DNA of 64,000 nt from NCBI GenBank assembly GCA_002869105.1, contig PKTP01000010.1, positions 55,789 to 119,788 on the forward strand, in the 5' to 3' direction. This DNA comes from Alphaproteobacteria bacterium. GTDB taxonomy: Bacteria; Pseudomonadota; Alphaproteobacteria; UBA7879. This document shows, in pieces, positions 9,251 to 18,792 of this stretch. The notes beneath the pieces are model-generated. The model saw only the letters and a list, made by a program, of their open reading frames with translations. It searched no databases and was not told where the DNA came from. Numbering within the stretch: position 1 is the stretch's first letter; each line of letters starts with the position of its first letter. Both the position numbers and the translations under genes were made by a program.

Positions 9251-9853
9251 ATGAGTGTACTTGTTGGCCAAGAGGCGCCTAATTTCAAAGCAACAGCTGT
9301 CATGCCTGATAATGCCATTATCGAAAATTTTGATCTCAAAACATATTTAAACGGCGAAAAAGGATTTCTTTTCTTTTATCCGCTCGATTTTACGTTTGTC
9401 TGTCCGTCAGAAATTCTAGCATTTCACAATCGCCATGAAGACTTCAAGAAACGCGGAGCCAAGCTAGTTGGCATCAGCGTTGATTCACAATTCACCCATC
9501 TCGCGTGGCGGAACACGCCCGTTGAAAAAGGCGGGATTGGGCAAATCAGCTTTCCCCTTTTTGCTGATCTAACGAAATCTATTGCCAGAGACTATGACGT
9601 TCTCATCAATGACTCCGTCTCTCTCAGAGGGTCTTTCTTAATTGATGAAGATTTTGTTGTACGCCACCAAGTTGTCAATGATCTTCCTCTGGGCCGCAAC
9701 GTTGATGAAGCACTTCGTATGGTTGATGCCTTGAACTTCCATCAAGAGAACGGCGAAGTTTGCCCTGCCAACTGGCGCACCGGTGAAGAAGGTATGACCC
9801 CCACAGCCGCTGGTGTTTCTTCGTATCTATCGAAGAACGCTTCACGCTTGTAA
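9251..9853 (+). CDS. 2-Cys peroxiredoxin (AhpC/TSA family)
   Basis: 200-aa ORF with the peroxidatic Cys motif FTFVCPSEI and the resolving-Cys region EVCPANW. Confidence 0.85.
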   Translation: MSVLVGQEAPNFKATAVMPDNAIIENFDLKTYLNGEKGFLFFYPLDFTFVCPSEILAFHNRHEDFKKRGAKLVGISVDSQFTHLAWRNTPVEKGGIGQISFPLFADLTKSIARDYDVLINDSVSLRGSFLIDEDFVVRHQVVNDLPLGRNVDEALRMVDALNFHQENGEVCPANWRTGEEGMTPTAAGVSSYLSKNASRL

Positions 9854-9882
9854 ATATATAACAGGCTTTCAGAACAACTCAG

Positions 9883-9909
9883 GAGGGGGGATTTCCCCCT
9901 CTTTTTTTT
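9883..9909. terminator. Rho-independent (bidirectional) terminator between the convergent peroxiredoxin and capD-like genes
   Basis: GAGGGGGG-ATTT-CCCCCTC hairpin is immediately followed by T8 (9902..9909). On the opposite strand an A-run precedes it. Confidence 0.5.
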
Positions 9910-9915
9910 ATGGCC

Positions 9916-11811
9916 TTAATTTTTATGGCCTGAAGCATGTGGCTGCACGATAAACTGATATCCAGATCTTACAAGCGCGTCTTCATCCTCGAAAAGCTCC
10001 TTCACCTGTTTCACAAAAGCGTCAACATCTTTGTAAGGCACCATTTCTTTTGCCTTTGAGCCATCAATGAAATGAACACCATCAATCACATTAAACTGGC
10101 ATTTTTCATCTTTATAATGCAGTTCTTCATTCAATTTTTCCCCCGCGCGCATACCGGTAAAAACAATCGGGATCTGCGTGTAGGGTTTATACCCAGATAG
10201 CTCGATGAGCTTTTCTGCCATTTTAACCACACGGACAGGTTCCCCCATATCAAGAACAAAGACGCCCCCTTGATACGTTTCTTTTAACGTGCCCAGCGCC
10301 CCGGCCTGCAAAACCAAAGAAACCGCTTCTTGGATGGTCATAAAGAATCTTGTCATGTCTTTATCGGTAACCGTGACGGGTCCTCCGCGGGCGATTTGTG
10401 ACTGGAACAAGGGTATCACAGACCCTCGCGATCCTAAAACATTCCCAAAACGAACGGCCGCAAAACGTGTTTTAGATTGGCTCAGATCACACGCCTGACA
10501 GATGATTTCCGCTATTCTTTTGGTAAGTCCCATGGTGTTCGAAGGATTGACGGCCTTGTCGGTTGAAATCAAAATCATTGATTCAGCCTGAAAGTCCATT
10601 GCCAGTTTGGCAACGTTCCATGTCCCAATCACGTTGTTTTCAAAAGCTGCTTTGGGGTTGACCTCCGATAAAGGCACATGCTTCATAGCGGCTGCATGAA
10701 AAATAACGTGGGGGCGATATTTTTTAAAAATTAACCGCATGGCGTCCTGATCAGAAACATCCGCCATCAGCGGTATCCATTCATTGGCACATCGATTTTG
10801 TCGAAGCTGCTGATCGATTTCATATAAAAAATACTCAGATTGATCCAAAATCAGCGCCCTTTTCGGACCAAATTTCATAATTTGGGTAACGATTTCACTG
10901 CCAATGCTCCCCCCTGCCCCCGTGATCAGAATCGTTTTGTCATGGATCAATGTTGCAGGCAGCTCATTGGTCAGCTCCACCCGTTCACGGCTGAGCAAAT
11001 CCTCAATCGCAACTGGCTTCAGCGTTAGCTGGTTGGTTTGCAAAGGATTCAAATCAGCAACCCGAAGTGTTTCAAGATCATGGCTTTTTGCCGCGTCAAA
11101 AATTTGTTCTAATGTTGCTCCAAACAGGCGCGCATCAACCACAATAAACAAAGTACCTTCTCGGTAGGTCCGCTCACCATGCCAGCTCATAAACTTTGAA
11201 AAGGTGAGAACGCGCACACCATGAATTTTTTGGGCGCTATGTTTTTCTTTTTTCTCCGTGACGACGGCATAATCAACCTTAAAAGGATTTTCACGGGTTT
11301 TGTTATAGCGCAGAAAAAGGTCGATACTGGTTAGGTTCCCAAATAAAATCACCTGGGTTTGACCAGCCGCTTTCTTGCGCTCAAACATGAAATATCGATA
11401 GAGCACGCGGGGGAAGGTTAAAAAAGTCAAAAATATAAAGGTCGCAATGATCAGCGTTGTCACCCTGAGCGGGAGGCCAATATGATATACATGCCGCAAA
11501 AGGAACAGACTTAGCAAGAAGCTCAAGTTTGTGCAAACAGCCACATAGGCAATCGACAATAAATCACTAAAGGAGGTGTAGCGCCATGACGGCTGAAACG
11601 TTCGAAAAACGGCAAAGTTTATAATACAGAGCGCCAGATAGATAGTATTAACAGCCCAAAACCCAGCGGTTTTCGGGGATGTCAGAAAACGATCTAATAC
11701 CTCCCACTCAATGGCATAAACGGTAAAATAAAAGGCCGCATATGCAAAAACGACATCTAAAAAAACAACAAATAAATTTCTAAAAAAAGAAGGAGCCATA
11801 TATTTTTTCAT
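9916..11811 (-). CDS. Membrane-anchored polysaccharide biosynthesis protein, CapD/WbpM/PglF-like nucleotide-sugar 4,6-dehydratase
   Basis: 631-aa ORF with four N-terminal TM helices followed by a Rossmann fold (ILITGAGGSIGSEI) and an SDR-extended dehydratase body. Confidence 0.8.
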   Translation of the reverse strand: MKKYMAPSFFRNLFVVFLDVVFAYAAFYFTVYAIEWEVLDRFLTSPKTAGFWAVNTIYLALCIINFAVFRTFQPSWRYTSFSDLLSIAYVAVCTNLSFLLSLFLLRHVYHIGLPLRVTTLIIATFIFLTFLTFPRVLYRYFMFERKKAAGQTQVILFGNLTSIDLFLRYNKTRENPFKVDYAVVTEKKEKHSAQKIHGVRVLTFSKFMSWHGERTYREGTLFIVVDARLFGATLEQIFDAAKSHDLETLRVADLNPLQTNQLTLKPVAIEDLLSRERVELTNELPATLIHDKTILITGAGGSIGSEIVTQIMKFGPKRALILDQSEYFLYEIDQQLRQNRCANEWIPLMADVSDQDAMRLIFKKYRPHVIFHAAAMKHVPLSEVNPKAAFENNVIGTWNVAKLAMDFQAESMILISTDKAVNPSNTMGLTKRIAEIICQACDLSQSKTRFAAVRFGNVLGSRGSVIPLFQSQIARGGPVTVTDKDMTRFFMTIQEAVSLVLQAGALGTLKETYQGGVFVLDMGEPVRVVKMAEKLIELSGYKPYTQIPIVFTGMRAGEKLNEELHYKDEKCQFNVIDGVHFIDGSKAKEMVPYKDVDAFVKQVKELFEDEDALVRSGYQFIVQPHASGHKN

Positions 11812-11891
11812 TCAAGATACTCAATACCGTGTTGAATTTGAAGTTTTTTATTATCTTGCTCAAAAAGCTTTTTTTTAGCTACAATGTTTTC

Positions 11892-12089
11892 ATGTCTTTG
11901 AATTTTGTTGAGATCATCCTACTTATTTCCTTATCTTTGACGCTCATCGTCTTAGCAAGTGGGATTTTTATTATGCTTAAAGGTGGTCACGTGAATAAAA
12001 AATATGGTACAAAGCTCATGTGCTGGCGGGTATTTTTGCAAGGTATAAGCCTTGCTCTCCTCGCCCTGGTCATTTTACAAAGAGGATAA
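11892..12089 (+). CDS. Twin-transmembrane-helix small protein (HIG1-domain-like)
   Basis: The ORF-track ORF 11829..12089 was trimmed to the internal Met MSLNFVEIILLISLSLTLIVLASGIFIMLKGGHVNKKYGTKLMCWRVFLQG..., which has two hydrophobic helices. The stop lies 2 nt before the next gene's ATG. Confidence 0.45.
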   Translation: MSLNFVEIILLISLSLTLIVLASGIFIMLKGGHVNKKYGTKLMCWRVFLQGISLALLALVILQRG

Positions 12090-12091
12090 GT

Positions 12092-12643
12092 ATGGTTCAA
12101 CTCACACGCATTTATACAAAAGGGGGAGACAAGGGAAAAACATCGCTGGGCGATGGCACCCGTGTTTCGAAAAGTGCAGCACGCATCCAAGCCATCGGCG
12201 CTGTCGATGAGTGTAATTCTGTTTTGGGTGTTGCTGCCTTATATCTTGAAGTAATTCCTCTGTCTGATATTCGCCGCATTCAAAATGATCTGTTTGATTT
12301 GGGCGCTGATCTCTGCATTCCCTCAACAGAAAATAAACTGACTGTCTCAGATCAACAAGCCACGTGGCTGGAAAATCAAATTGATCTCATGAATGAAAAA
12401 CTAAATCCGTTAAAATCATTTATACTGCCTGGGGGAACAAAGGCTTCTGCCTATCTTCATCATGCCCGCACAAGTGTCAGATCTGCAGAACGATTGGTTG
12501 TCGGCGTCGCTGAAAAAGAGGCGATCTCAAGCGCTGTTGTTCAGTATTTGAATCGATTGTCCGACTATTTATTTGTTGCAGCCCGCACTGAAAATTCTTA
12601 TGGAGAAAATGAAGTTCTATGGGAACCTGCCAAAAATCGATAG
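12092..12643 (+). CDS. ATP:cob(I)alamin adenosyltransferase, PduO type
   Basis: AGAGGA RBS then the ATG at 12092. The product MVQLTRIYTKGGDKGKTSLGDGTRVSKS...AIGAVDE is the PduO/MMAB N-terminal signature. The ORF-track N-extension (12020) overlaps the preceding gene and is rejected. Confidence 0.8.
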   Translation: MVQLTRIYTKGGDKGKTSLGDGTRVSKSAARIQAIGAVDECNSVLGVAALYLEVIPLSDIRRIQNDLFDLGADLCIPSTENKLTVSDQQATWLENQIDLMNEKLNPLKSFILPGGTKASAYLHHARTSVRSAERLVVGVAEKEAISSAVVQYLNRLSDYLFVAARTENSYGENEVLWEPAKNR

Positions 12644-12754
12644 AGTTTAAAAAGGACTCAAAAAAGGCACCAAAGCACCAAGTTCAATCATCATTGGCAA
12701 ATAAAAGTCAAAAGTCTTCACCTGTTAAAGAAAAAGAGTTAGACCCCACACGTT

Positions 12755-13390
12755 ATGGTGATTGGGTTAAGAATGGTCGTTGCATTGACTTTTGATTCCC
12801 TCCACCTTGATTTAGAAAAAGTGGTTGTGGCCCACCCTCCTGTTTTTTATTCAAAACCCATAAGTTTTAAAGCAAAGAATCGATCGTTGATCCATCTCGG
12901 CGCCAATGGCGCTGGCAAATCTTCTCTCTTAAAAGCCCTGGCAGGTCTAATTTCTGTTTACTCAGGGACGATAAACGGGCGTTCCCCAAAAAACGCCCCT
13001 TCTGACAGGTGTTACCTTTGCACAAACCAGGGGCTTAATAGAGATATCACCGTGAAACAGCAAATAAAGCTGTGGCATTTACCCTATCAAAATCCCACCT
13101 CATGGCAGACCAGCTTAGAGCCGTTTAATATTGAGGGCCTTCTCACTCAATTCATCCGATCTCTCTCCAGCGGCCAACGTCAACGGGTGGCTCTAACAAG
13201 GTTAGTGACAAGTCATAAGCCCATTTGGCTTTTGGATGAGCCCATGAATAACCTAGACAATCAGCATCGAAATTTTTTATCTGATGTGATGAAGCGACAT
13301 ATTAAAAAGGGGGGGATGATTATCTATACCGGCCATGAACCAATGCCAACGCTCTCCCCTCAGATCATTTCTTTAGAGTGCGAAGGATAA
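12755..13390 (+). CDS. ccmA: Heme exporter ATP-binding protein
   Basis: Walker A GANGAGKSSLLKALAGL, ABC signature LSSGQRQRVAL, Walker B IWLLDEP. It is followed by ccmB and ccmC. Confidence 0.8.
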   Translation: MVIGLRMVVALTFDSLHLDLEKVVVAHPPVFYSKPISFKAKNRSLIHLGANGAGKSSLLKALAGLISVYSGTINGRSPKNAPSDRCYLCTNQGLNRDITVKQQIKLWHLPYQNPTSWQTSLEPFNIEGLLTQFIRSLSSGQRQRVALTRLVTSHKPIWLLDEPMNNLDNQHRNFLSDVMKRHIKKGGMIIYTGHEPMPTLSPQIISLECEG

Positions 13391-13394
13391 AGTC

Positions 13395-14048
13395 ATGAGG
13401 TTGCATCTTTATCGTGAATATCTTTTTCTGAAATACAACACCTCCTTAGCCATTATAGCTGTTGGAATATTTGTGCTGTTCTGTCAACTGCTTCACTGGA
13501 TAGGCGTTGAAGCATCTCTCTCCCCCGCCCATTTAAAAAACATGCTTTGGTTGTTGTCTTTGATCGGTTTATTTCTAACAGCAGATCATGTTTTTAAAGA
13601 GGACATTGATCAAGGTCTGTTGATGCATCATCATCTTGAAAACGTGAACTTTTATATCCTGACGTTAATGCGTTTTTTCTCCTACTTTCTTCTAGTTATT
13701 TTACCCCTTGCCCTGAGTAATATCATGATTTCAGGTCTTTTTAATTTAGAACCATTCCTATCCGATTTCAGTTATTTTCTTGTTTTATTTTGCCTGTATG
13801 CTTTTGTGATCTTGAACGCCTCCCTGTTGACACACGGGTCACAACAGCAAAAAGGGCTCATGTTTTTGATTTCCATTCCTTTGATGATTCCAATTTTTCT
13901 ATGCCAAGTTATTTTACTGGATAAAGCCGCCCTTTATTTAACGATAGACAATCCTTTACTATTACTTGCGGGACTATTTTTGTTTTTTGTCCCCTGTTAC
14001 AGTGCTATGGTAATGTATTGTTTGAAGCTCTCCGTAAAAGTATCATGA
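13395..14048 (+). CDS. ccmB: Heme exporter membrane protein B
   Basis: 217-aa ORF with six TM helices, immediately after ccmA, with its stop overlapping the ccmC start. Confidence 0.8.
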   Translation: MRLHLYREYLFLKYNTSLAIIAVGIFVLFCQLLHWIGVEASLSPAHLKNMLWLLSLIGLFLTADHVFKEDIDQGLLMHHHLENVNFYILTLMRFFSYFLLVILPLALSNIMISGLFNLEPFLSDFSYFLVLFCLYAFVILNASLLTHGSQQQKGLMFLISIPLMIPIFLCQVILLDKAALYLTIDNPLLLLAGLFLFFVPCYSAMVMYCLKLSVKVS

Positions 14049-14743
14049 TCACTTTTTTTCAGCCCAAGGTCTTTCAAAATCTATGTAATCGCTCATGGGT
14101 CTGGCTCATGATAGCCATGATGTTTTGTCTTAACATTGGGTATTTTTGGGCCTTGTTTTTCTCACCCATCGATGCACAGCAAGGCCCCATCGCAAAAATC
14201 ATGTTTATCCATGTTCCTGCAGCCTGGATGGCTTTGATGTGTTATGCCTGTCTGGGTCTTTTTTCACTGTCCTACCTTTCTAGTAAAGCCTGGGTTTCTC
14301 TGTATTTGGCGCAGAGCGCCGCTCGGGTTGGATGTGTTTTTACCTTTGTTTGCCTTATATCAGGCAGTCTGTGGGGCCTCCCCACTTGGGGAACCTGGTG
14401 GGTTTGGGATGCCAGGCTTACGTCTGTTTTGATTCTGTTTTTTCTCTATATTTCCTATCTTCTGCTCTCAAGCACGTTCCAGAATCAAGAAAAGGCCACA
14501 AAGTTTTCAAGCGCCCTGGCTCTATTGGGCTTGGTGAACCTGCCAATTATCAAATGGTCCGTGGACTGGTGGTCAACCCTTCATCAACCTGCAAGCATCA
14601 GCAAGCTTTCAGCGCCTTCCATGCACTGGTCTTTTTACGTGCCACTCATCATTATTTCTTTTGGTTGGTTCTGCTACACGGTCTTTGTCATGATGTGCGC
14701 AGCCCAAACAAAACTTATTGAACAATCAAGGAAAAACGTATGA
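14045..14743 (+). CDS. ccmC: Heme exporter protein C (cytochrome c-type biogenesis)
   Basis: ATGA overlap with ccmB. Contains the WWD motif WGTWWVWDARLTS and conserved His residues. The ORF-track start 14018 was trimmed to the Met at 14045. Confidence 0.85.
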   Translation: MITFFQPKVFQNLCNRSWVWLMIAMMFCLNIGYFWALFFSPIDAQQGPIAKIMFIHVPAAWMALMCYACLGLFSLSYLSSKAWVSLYLAQSAARVGCVFTFVCLISGSLWGLPTWGTWWVWDARLTSVLILFFLYISYLLLSSTFQNQEKATKFSSALALLGLVNLPIIKWSVDWWSTLHQPASISKLSAPSMHWSFYVPLIIISFGWFCYTVFVMMCAAQTKLIEQSRKNV

Positions 14744-14865
14744 CTTTCTGGTGCCTGACCCTAAGCTATATCATTGGCTTTTCAAGTTTGTTTTCTCTTC
14801 TGATTTTAACCATCTTACGGTATTATAAAGCTGTTAAAACTAAGAGATCCTCATGTCTAGATTGA
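14740..14865 (+). CDS. ccmD: Heme exporter protein D (small single-TM protein), not present in the ORF track
   Basis: 41-codon ORF whose ATG overlaps the ccmC stop (GTATGA). The product MTFWCLTLSYIIGFSSLFSLLILTILRYYKAVKTKRSSCLD is one TM helix followed by a basic tail, at the canonical ccmD position. Confidence 0.5.
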   Translation: MTFWCLTLSYIIGFSSLFSLLILTILRYYKAVKTKRSSCLD

Positions 14866-15224
14866 CCCTTTTTATATGTCTTTTATCAGTCGCACTCTTT
14901 GAATCTATGGGCGCCCTAGCTGCAAAGTGGCAATCCTCTCGTCAGGGTCAAGAAACCATTGTTGATCACTCTCATCCTAATCCCCCGGCAGAGGTTTCTG
15001 TGCCCAAAAAAGTAGCAGAAAGCCCTGAAGAAGGGTCTGATGAGGTTCTTTCTTCTCTTGACGATGGTACCTTTGAGGAGGAGATACCCACTGAGGAAGC
15101 AGGTATAAACACCGCGGAAGATGACGACGACGACTTAATGCTGGAAGGCTTAGAAGACGATGATGACGACGATGAAATTGAAGACAATGACATGGCTGAT
15201 GATGAAGATTCCAGCGATGCCTAG
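14853..15224 (+). CDS. Hypothetical secreted protein with an extremely acidic poly-Asp/Glu C-terminus
   Basis: 123-aa ORF with a signal peptide (MSRLTLFICLLSVALFESMGALA) followed by EEGSDE...TAEDDDDDLMLEGLEDDDDDDEIEDNDMADDEDSSDA. The tail is encoded by GAT/GAC repeats. Confidence 0.5.
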   Translation: MSRLTLFICLLSVALFESMGALAAKWQSSRQGQETIVDHSHPNPPAEVSVPKKVAESPEEGSDEVLSSLDDGTFEEEIPTEEAGINTAEDDDDDLMLEGLEDDDDDDEIEDNDMADDEDSSDA

Positions 15225-15254
15225 ACAGACATCTTAAACCTTGACCCTTGCCTC

Positions 15255-15749
15255 ATGCAACCGCTCTCTAAACAACTGCTCTCTCTTTATCAAAATATTG
15301 CAACCATGGGGTATGTGGGCTACATGCCCTATCCCGGAACCGCTGCATCATTCGTAACGCTCCTTGTTGGTTATCCGATTGTTTTTTTGATGGGGATTCC
15401 TGTATCCCTTTTTTTGTGCTTACTGGTTTTATTTTTGGGTAGCCTTGCCTGTGCCGTTCTCATGAAAATTCGTCCCCACCTCAAAGATCCGCGCGATTAT
15501 GTCATTGACGAATGCGCCGGGCAATTGATTGTAATTCTCGGCATCATGATGCTCCAGTTCTCTGCTTTATCATCACAGGTGGTGGGTTTTCTTTTATTTC
15601 GTTTTTTTGACGGGATAAAGCCGTGGCCGATATGCCTGATCAATAATTGGCGTCCAACATCGCCTGGCCTGAAGTCCATCGCGTTGATGTTTGATGATGT
15701 TTTAGCAGCTTTCGCCAGCTTGGTTGTTCTCTATTTTATTTATGCCTAA
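15255..15749 (+). CDS. pgpA: Phosphatidylglycerophosphatase A
   Basis: 164-aa membrane ORF with PgpA motifs: YPGTAASFVTLL, DECAGQLIV, FRFFDGIKPWPI. Confidence 0.75.
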   Translation: MQPLSKQLLSLYQNIATMGYVGYMPYPGTAASFVTLLVGYPIVFLMGIPVSLFLCLLVLFLGSLACAVLMKIRPHLKDPRDYVIDECAGQLIVILGIMMLQFSALSSQVVGFLLFRFFDGIKPWPICLINNWRPTSPGLKSIALMFDDVLAAFASLVVLYFIYA

Positions 15750-17575
15750 GAGGATTGCTCTTCAGAATGCCTGAAATAGTTTTCAAGCTTTGCCGTATAG
15801 GTGCGAAAAAGATCGGCCGATCCGTCCTCTTTTGTCAGCCTCTTTGTCTCTGTGACCAACTCTCTTAATTGATGATACGTATCATCAGAAAGATTGTCCT
15901 TCTGCGCCTTAAGTATTTTTTGACAAATATCCAAAACAAACTGCAGTTTTACCCACTCTTGTTCTTTAAGACGAATCGCCATATCATCCTGAGCAGCTTT
16001 AAAACCACTATAAACCATGTGCTCCATTTCGGCCGTCGTAAGCCCATGCCCAGGTTTCACTTCGATAGATTGATATACACCCGTCGTCTTTTCTTGGGCG
16101 CTGACCGTGAGCAACCCATCTGCATCCACATCAAACGTCACTTCGATGCGGGCAAACCCTGCAGGCAGAGGGGGAATACCCTTAAGGCTAAAGCGTCCTA
16201 ACGTTCGACAGTCCGAGGCCATTTCACGTTCACCTTGCACCACATGAATAGACATCGCGGTTTGATCATCTTGATAGGTTGTAAATTCTTGTGTCACTTG
16301 GTCTGGGATCGGACTATTCCGCGACACAATTTTCTCAGCAATGCCGCCCATCGTTTCAAGGCCAAGAGACAGCGGAATCACATCTAGTAAAAGCGAGTCA
16401 CTTCCATGGATCAAGGCCCGTGCTTGAATGGCTGCCCCCTCAGCAACAACATGATCTGGATTGAGATCGGCTAACGGCTTTTTACCAAAATACTGTTCTA
16501 AGAGATCTTGGACCGGTTTTAAGCGAGTCGATCCTCCAACTAAAACACATGCTTGGATGTCCTCTTTTGATAGGTTGGCAGCATCAAATGTTTGGTCCAA
16601 AAGGGTCTCAATTTTGGCCAAAAAGGGCCTCAAAAGTGTCAAAAAGTGGTCAAAATGGATCGAAAAAGACATGTTTTGACCCCTAAAAGAGACATTTTTT
16701 TCAGCTTTTTCTCCCTGCGTGAGCTGTTTTTTTAGGTCTTCGGCAACCTGTAATAGGCTCTGTTCCTCGTTCTGGCTCAACGTCTCAAGCTGATAGCGGT
16801 GCTGCAGATCAATCATCACCAGACGATCAACATCATCCCCGCCTAAAAGCGTGTCACCGCCTGTAGCAAGCACTTGAAAAATATTGTTTTCAAGGTTTAA
16901 CACAGACAAATCAAACGTCCCGCCTCCCAAATCAAAAATCAGAAACAGCCCATTTTTTTTCTGATCTAAACCAAATTTAATAGCCGCTGCTGTTGGTTCA
17001 GAGATCAACCGAAGCACTTTCCAGCCAGCCAGCTTCGCCGCAAGCCGTGTTGCTCCCCGCGCACGCTCAGAAAAATACGCCGGAACGGTGATAACAGCAT
17101 GATTGATCTCTTCTCCTAAAATTTCTTGCGTTTTGATTTTGAGATGTTTTAAAATTTCTGCTGAAATTTCAATAGGATTACTCAGGCGATTGCCAAGGGT
17201 GAAACGGGCCATTTCCCCAGCCTCTGATGGTAAATAGTCTAGTTTGGGCAATGCTTCTTTGAGTTGATGAGTGTCAGGATCCATAAGCCTTTTGACAGAA
17301 GCAATCACATGCTGATGCCCCTTTTTCTGAAGCGCCTTCGCATCTCGACCAACTTGAAATTGGTCTTCTACCAATGCAACGATTGAGGGCACAATAGTGG
17401 CGCCCTCAATTTCAAGTATCTTTGGACCTTGTTCATCAACAATCGACACAAGGGAGTGGGTTGTTCCCAGATCGATTCCAACTGCTTTGATGATATTATT
17501 ATTTTGATGGCTGCCTGTTTGACCAGGTTCCATAATTTGAAGAACCATTTGATTTCCTTTAGCTACATCTCTCAA
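15746..17575 (-). CDS. hscA: Fe-S cluster assembly chaperone HscA (Hsp70 family)
   Basis: 609-aa ORF with the Hsp70 N-terminal signature AVGIDLGTTHSLVS and DLGGGTFD. It lies in the operon with hscB-iscA-iscU-iscS. Confidence 0.9.
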   Translation of the reverse strand: MRDVAKGNQMVLQIMEPGQTGSHQNNNIIKAVGIDLGTTHSLVSIVDEQGPKILEIEGATIVPSIVALVEDQFQVGRDAKALQKKGHQHVIASVKRLMDPDTHQLKEALPKLDYLPSEAGEMARFTLGNRLSNPIEISAEILKHLKIKTQEILGEEINHAVITVPAYFSERARGATRLAAKLAGWKVLRLISEPTAAAIKFGLDQKKNGLFLIFDLGGGTFDLSVLNLENNIFQVLATGGDTLLGGDDVDRLVMIDLQHRYQLETLSQNEEQSLLQVAEDLKKQLTQGEKAEKNVSFRGQNMSFSIHFDHFLTLLRPFLAKIETLLDQTFDAANLSKEDIQACVLVGGSTRLKPVQDLLEQYFGKKPLADLNPDHVVAEGAAIQARALIHGSDSLLLDVIPLSLGLETMGGIAEKIVSRNSPIPDQVTQEFTTYQDDQTAMSIHVVQGEREMASDCRTLGRFSLKGIPPLPAGFARIEVTFDVDADGLLTVSAQEKTTGVYQSIEVKPGHGLTTAEMEHMVYSGFKAAQDDMAIRLKEQEWVKLQFVLDICQKILKAQKDNLSDDTYHQLRELVTETKRLTKEDGSADLFRTYTAKLENYFRHSEEQSS

Positions 17576-18038
17576 TAAGCTGGTCTAGAAACCTTAACCT
17601 CTGCCATAACTCTAACAAGACGTCTTTTTCAATTTCTTTATTGCCTTTTTCAGAAAGCGCGTCAAGAAAAGCCGATACGGTTTGATTCATCCGCACGTTG
17701 ATATCGGCAAGGACACCAGCTTTATCAGTAGGCTGTTGCGCCAGTCTCTCTTCAAGCTCCATAACTTCCATTAAAGTCTCCTGATCTTGAGTAGATGCGT
17801 CACCCTCAATTCCATAATGAAGCAAAAGGTAGCGCGCGGCATTACTTGTTTTTTTCATTTCGGTGTAATACCGATTGATAAGCCCCGCGTTTATCTCTCC
17901 TGTGGCTAAAGATTGCTTTTGATCCGGGTGATTTTGCCGCTGAAGCTCAAAATAAGTGTTTTTTAATTTTTCTGAATCAACTGGTAAAGTTAAGGGAAGA
18001 TCAAAAAGGTCAAAGGGATTGATCCCGGCATCAGACAT
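17559..18038 (-). CDS. hscB: Fe-S cluster co-chaperone HscB (J-domain)
   Basis: J-domain with HPD (YFELQRQNHPDQ). The ORF-track start 18164 overlaps iscA, so the start is set at the Met MSDAGINPFDLFDL (18038), overlapping the iscA stop by 8 nt. Confidence 0.8.
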   Translation of the reverse strand: MSDAGINPFDLFDLPLTLPVDSEKLKNTYFELQRQNHPDQKQSLATGEINAGLINRYYTEMKKTSNAARYLLLHYGIEGDASTQDQETLMEVMELEERLAQQPTDKAGVLADINVRMNQTVSAFLDALSEKGNKEIEKDVLLELWQRLRFLDQLIERCS

Positions 18039-18378
18039 GAAATGACTCTCCACACCCACAACGTCCTTTTTCATTGGGGTTTTTAAAGACAAATCCCGAT
18101 TCAAGCTCTGTTGTTTGAAAATCCATTTCACTGCCAAGAATAAAAAGAATGGTTTTAGGATCAATGAAAACTTTAAAATCCTGACAGTCTATAACTTCAT
18201 CATATTTTTCTTGATGCTCGGCGAACTCTAAGGTGTAAGAAAGTCCGTTACATCCTTTGGTGCGCGTTCCAATGCGCACACCCATGCAAGGTTTTTCCCT
18301 TTGGCTTAGCAGAGCTTTGATCTGATCTTTAGCCCGATCTGTTATCTGAAGAGGCGATTTATCCATCTTTATAATCAA
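18031..18378 (-). CDS. iscA: Iron-sulfur cluster insertion protein IscA (HesB family)
   Basis: 115-aa ORF with the three conserved Cys (GCNGLSY ... CGCGESF). Confidence 0.85.
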   Translation of the reverse strand: MIIKMDKSPLQITDRAKDQIKALLSQREKPCMGVRIGTRTKGCNGLSYTLEFAEHQEKYDEVIDCQDFKVFIDPKTILFILGSEMDFQTTELESGFVFKNPNEKGRCGCGESFHV

Positions 18379-18761
18379 CGATGACTTTTTTTTGTTTGAT
18401 AATCTTTAATCGCTGATTTGATGGCATCTTCCGCTAAAACAGAACAGTGGATTTTAACTGGGGGCAATTCTAAATACTCCGCCACATCTCTATTCTTAAT
18501 TTCAAGGGCCTCATCAATGGTTTTTCCCTTGATCCACTCCGTGATAAGAGAGCTCGAAGCAATTGCCGATCCACAGCCAAATGTTTTGAACTTAGCATCT
18601 TCGATGCGCCCATCATCGCTGATTTTTACTTGAAGCTTCATCACATCACCGCAGGCAGGCGCGCCCACTAAGCCTGTGCCGACCTGATCGTCCTTCGCAT
18701 CTAAACTGCCAACATTTCTTGGTTTTTCGTAATGATCTATTACTTTTTCACTATAAGCCAT
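18375..18761 (-). CDS. iscU: Fe-S cluster scaffold protein IscU
   Basis: 128-aa ORF with GAPACGDVMKL, FKTFGCGSAIASSS, and a Cys in the C-terminal helix. Confidence 0.9.
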   Translation of the reverse strand: MAYSEKVIDHYEKPRNVGSLDAKDDQVGTGLVGAPACGDVMKLQVKISDDGRIEDAKFKTFGCGSAIASSSLITEWIKGKTIDEALEIKNRDVAEYLELPPVKIHCSVLAEDAIKSAIKDYQTKKSHR

Positions 18762-18792
18762 TTTTCTCTCCTTGTACTATATTTTGGTTTTT

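Noticed and set aside
12020-12091. N-terminal extension of the PduO-type adenosyltransferase ORF
   Set aside because: The extension overlaps the preceding small membrane-protein gene in another frame and has no homology. A strong RBS (AGAGGA) precedes the internal ATG at 12092, where family homology begins.
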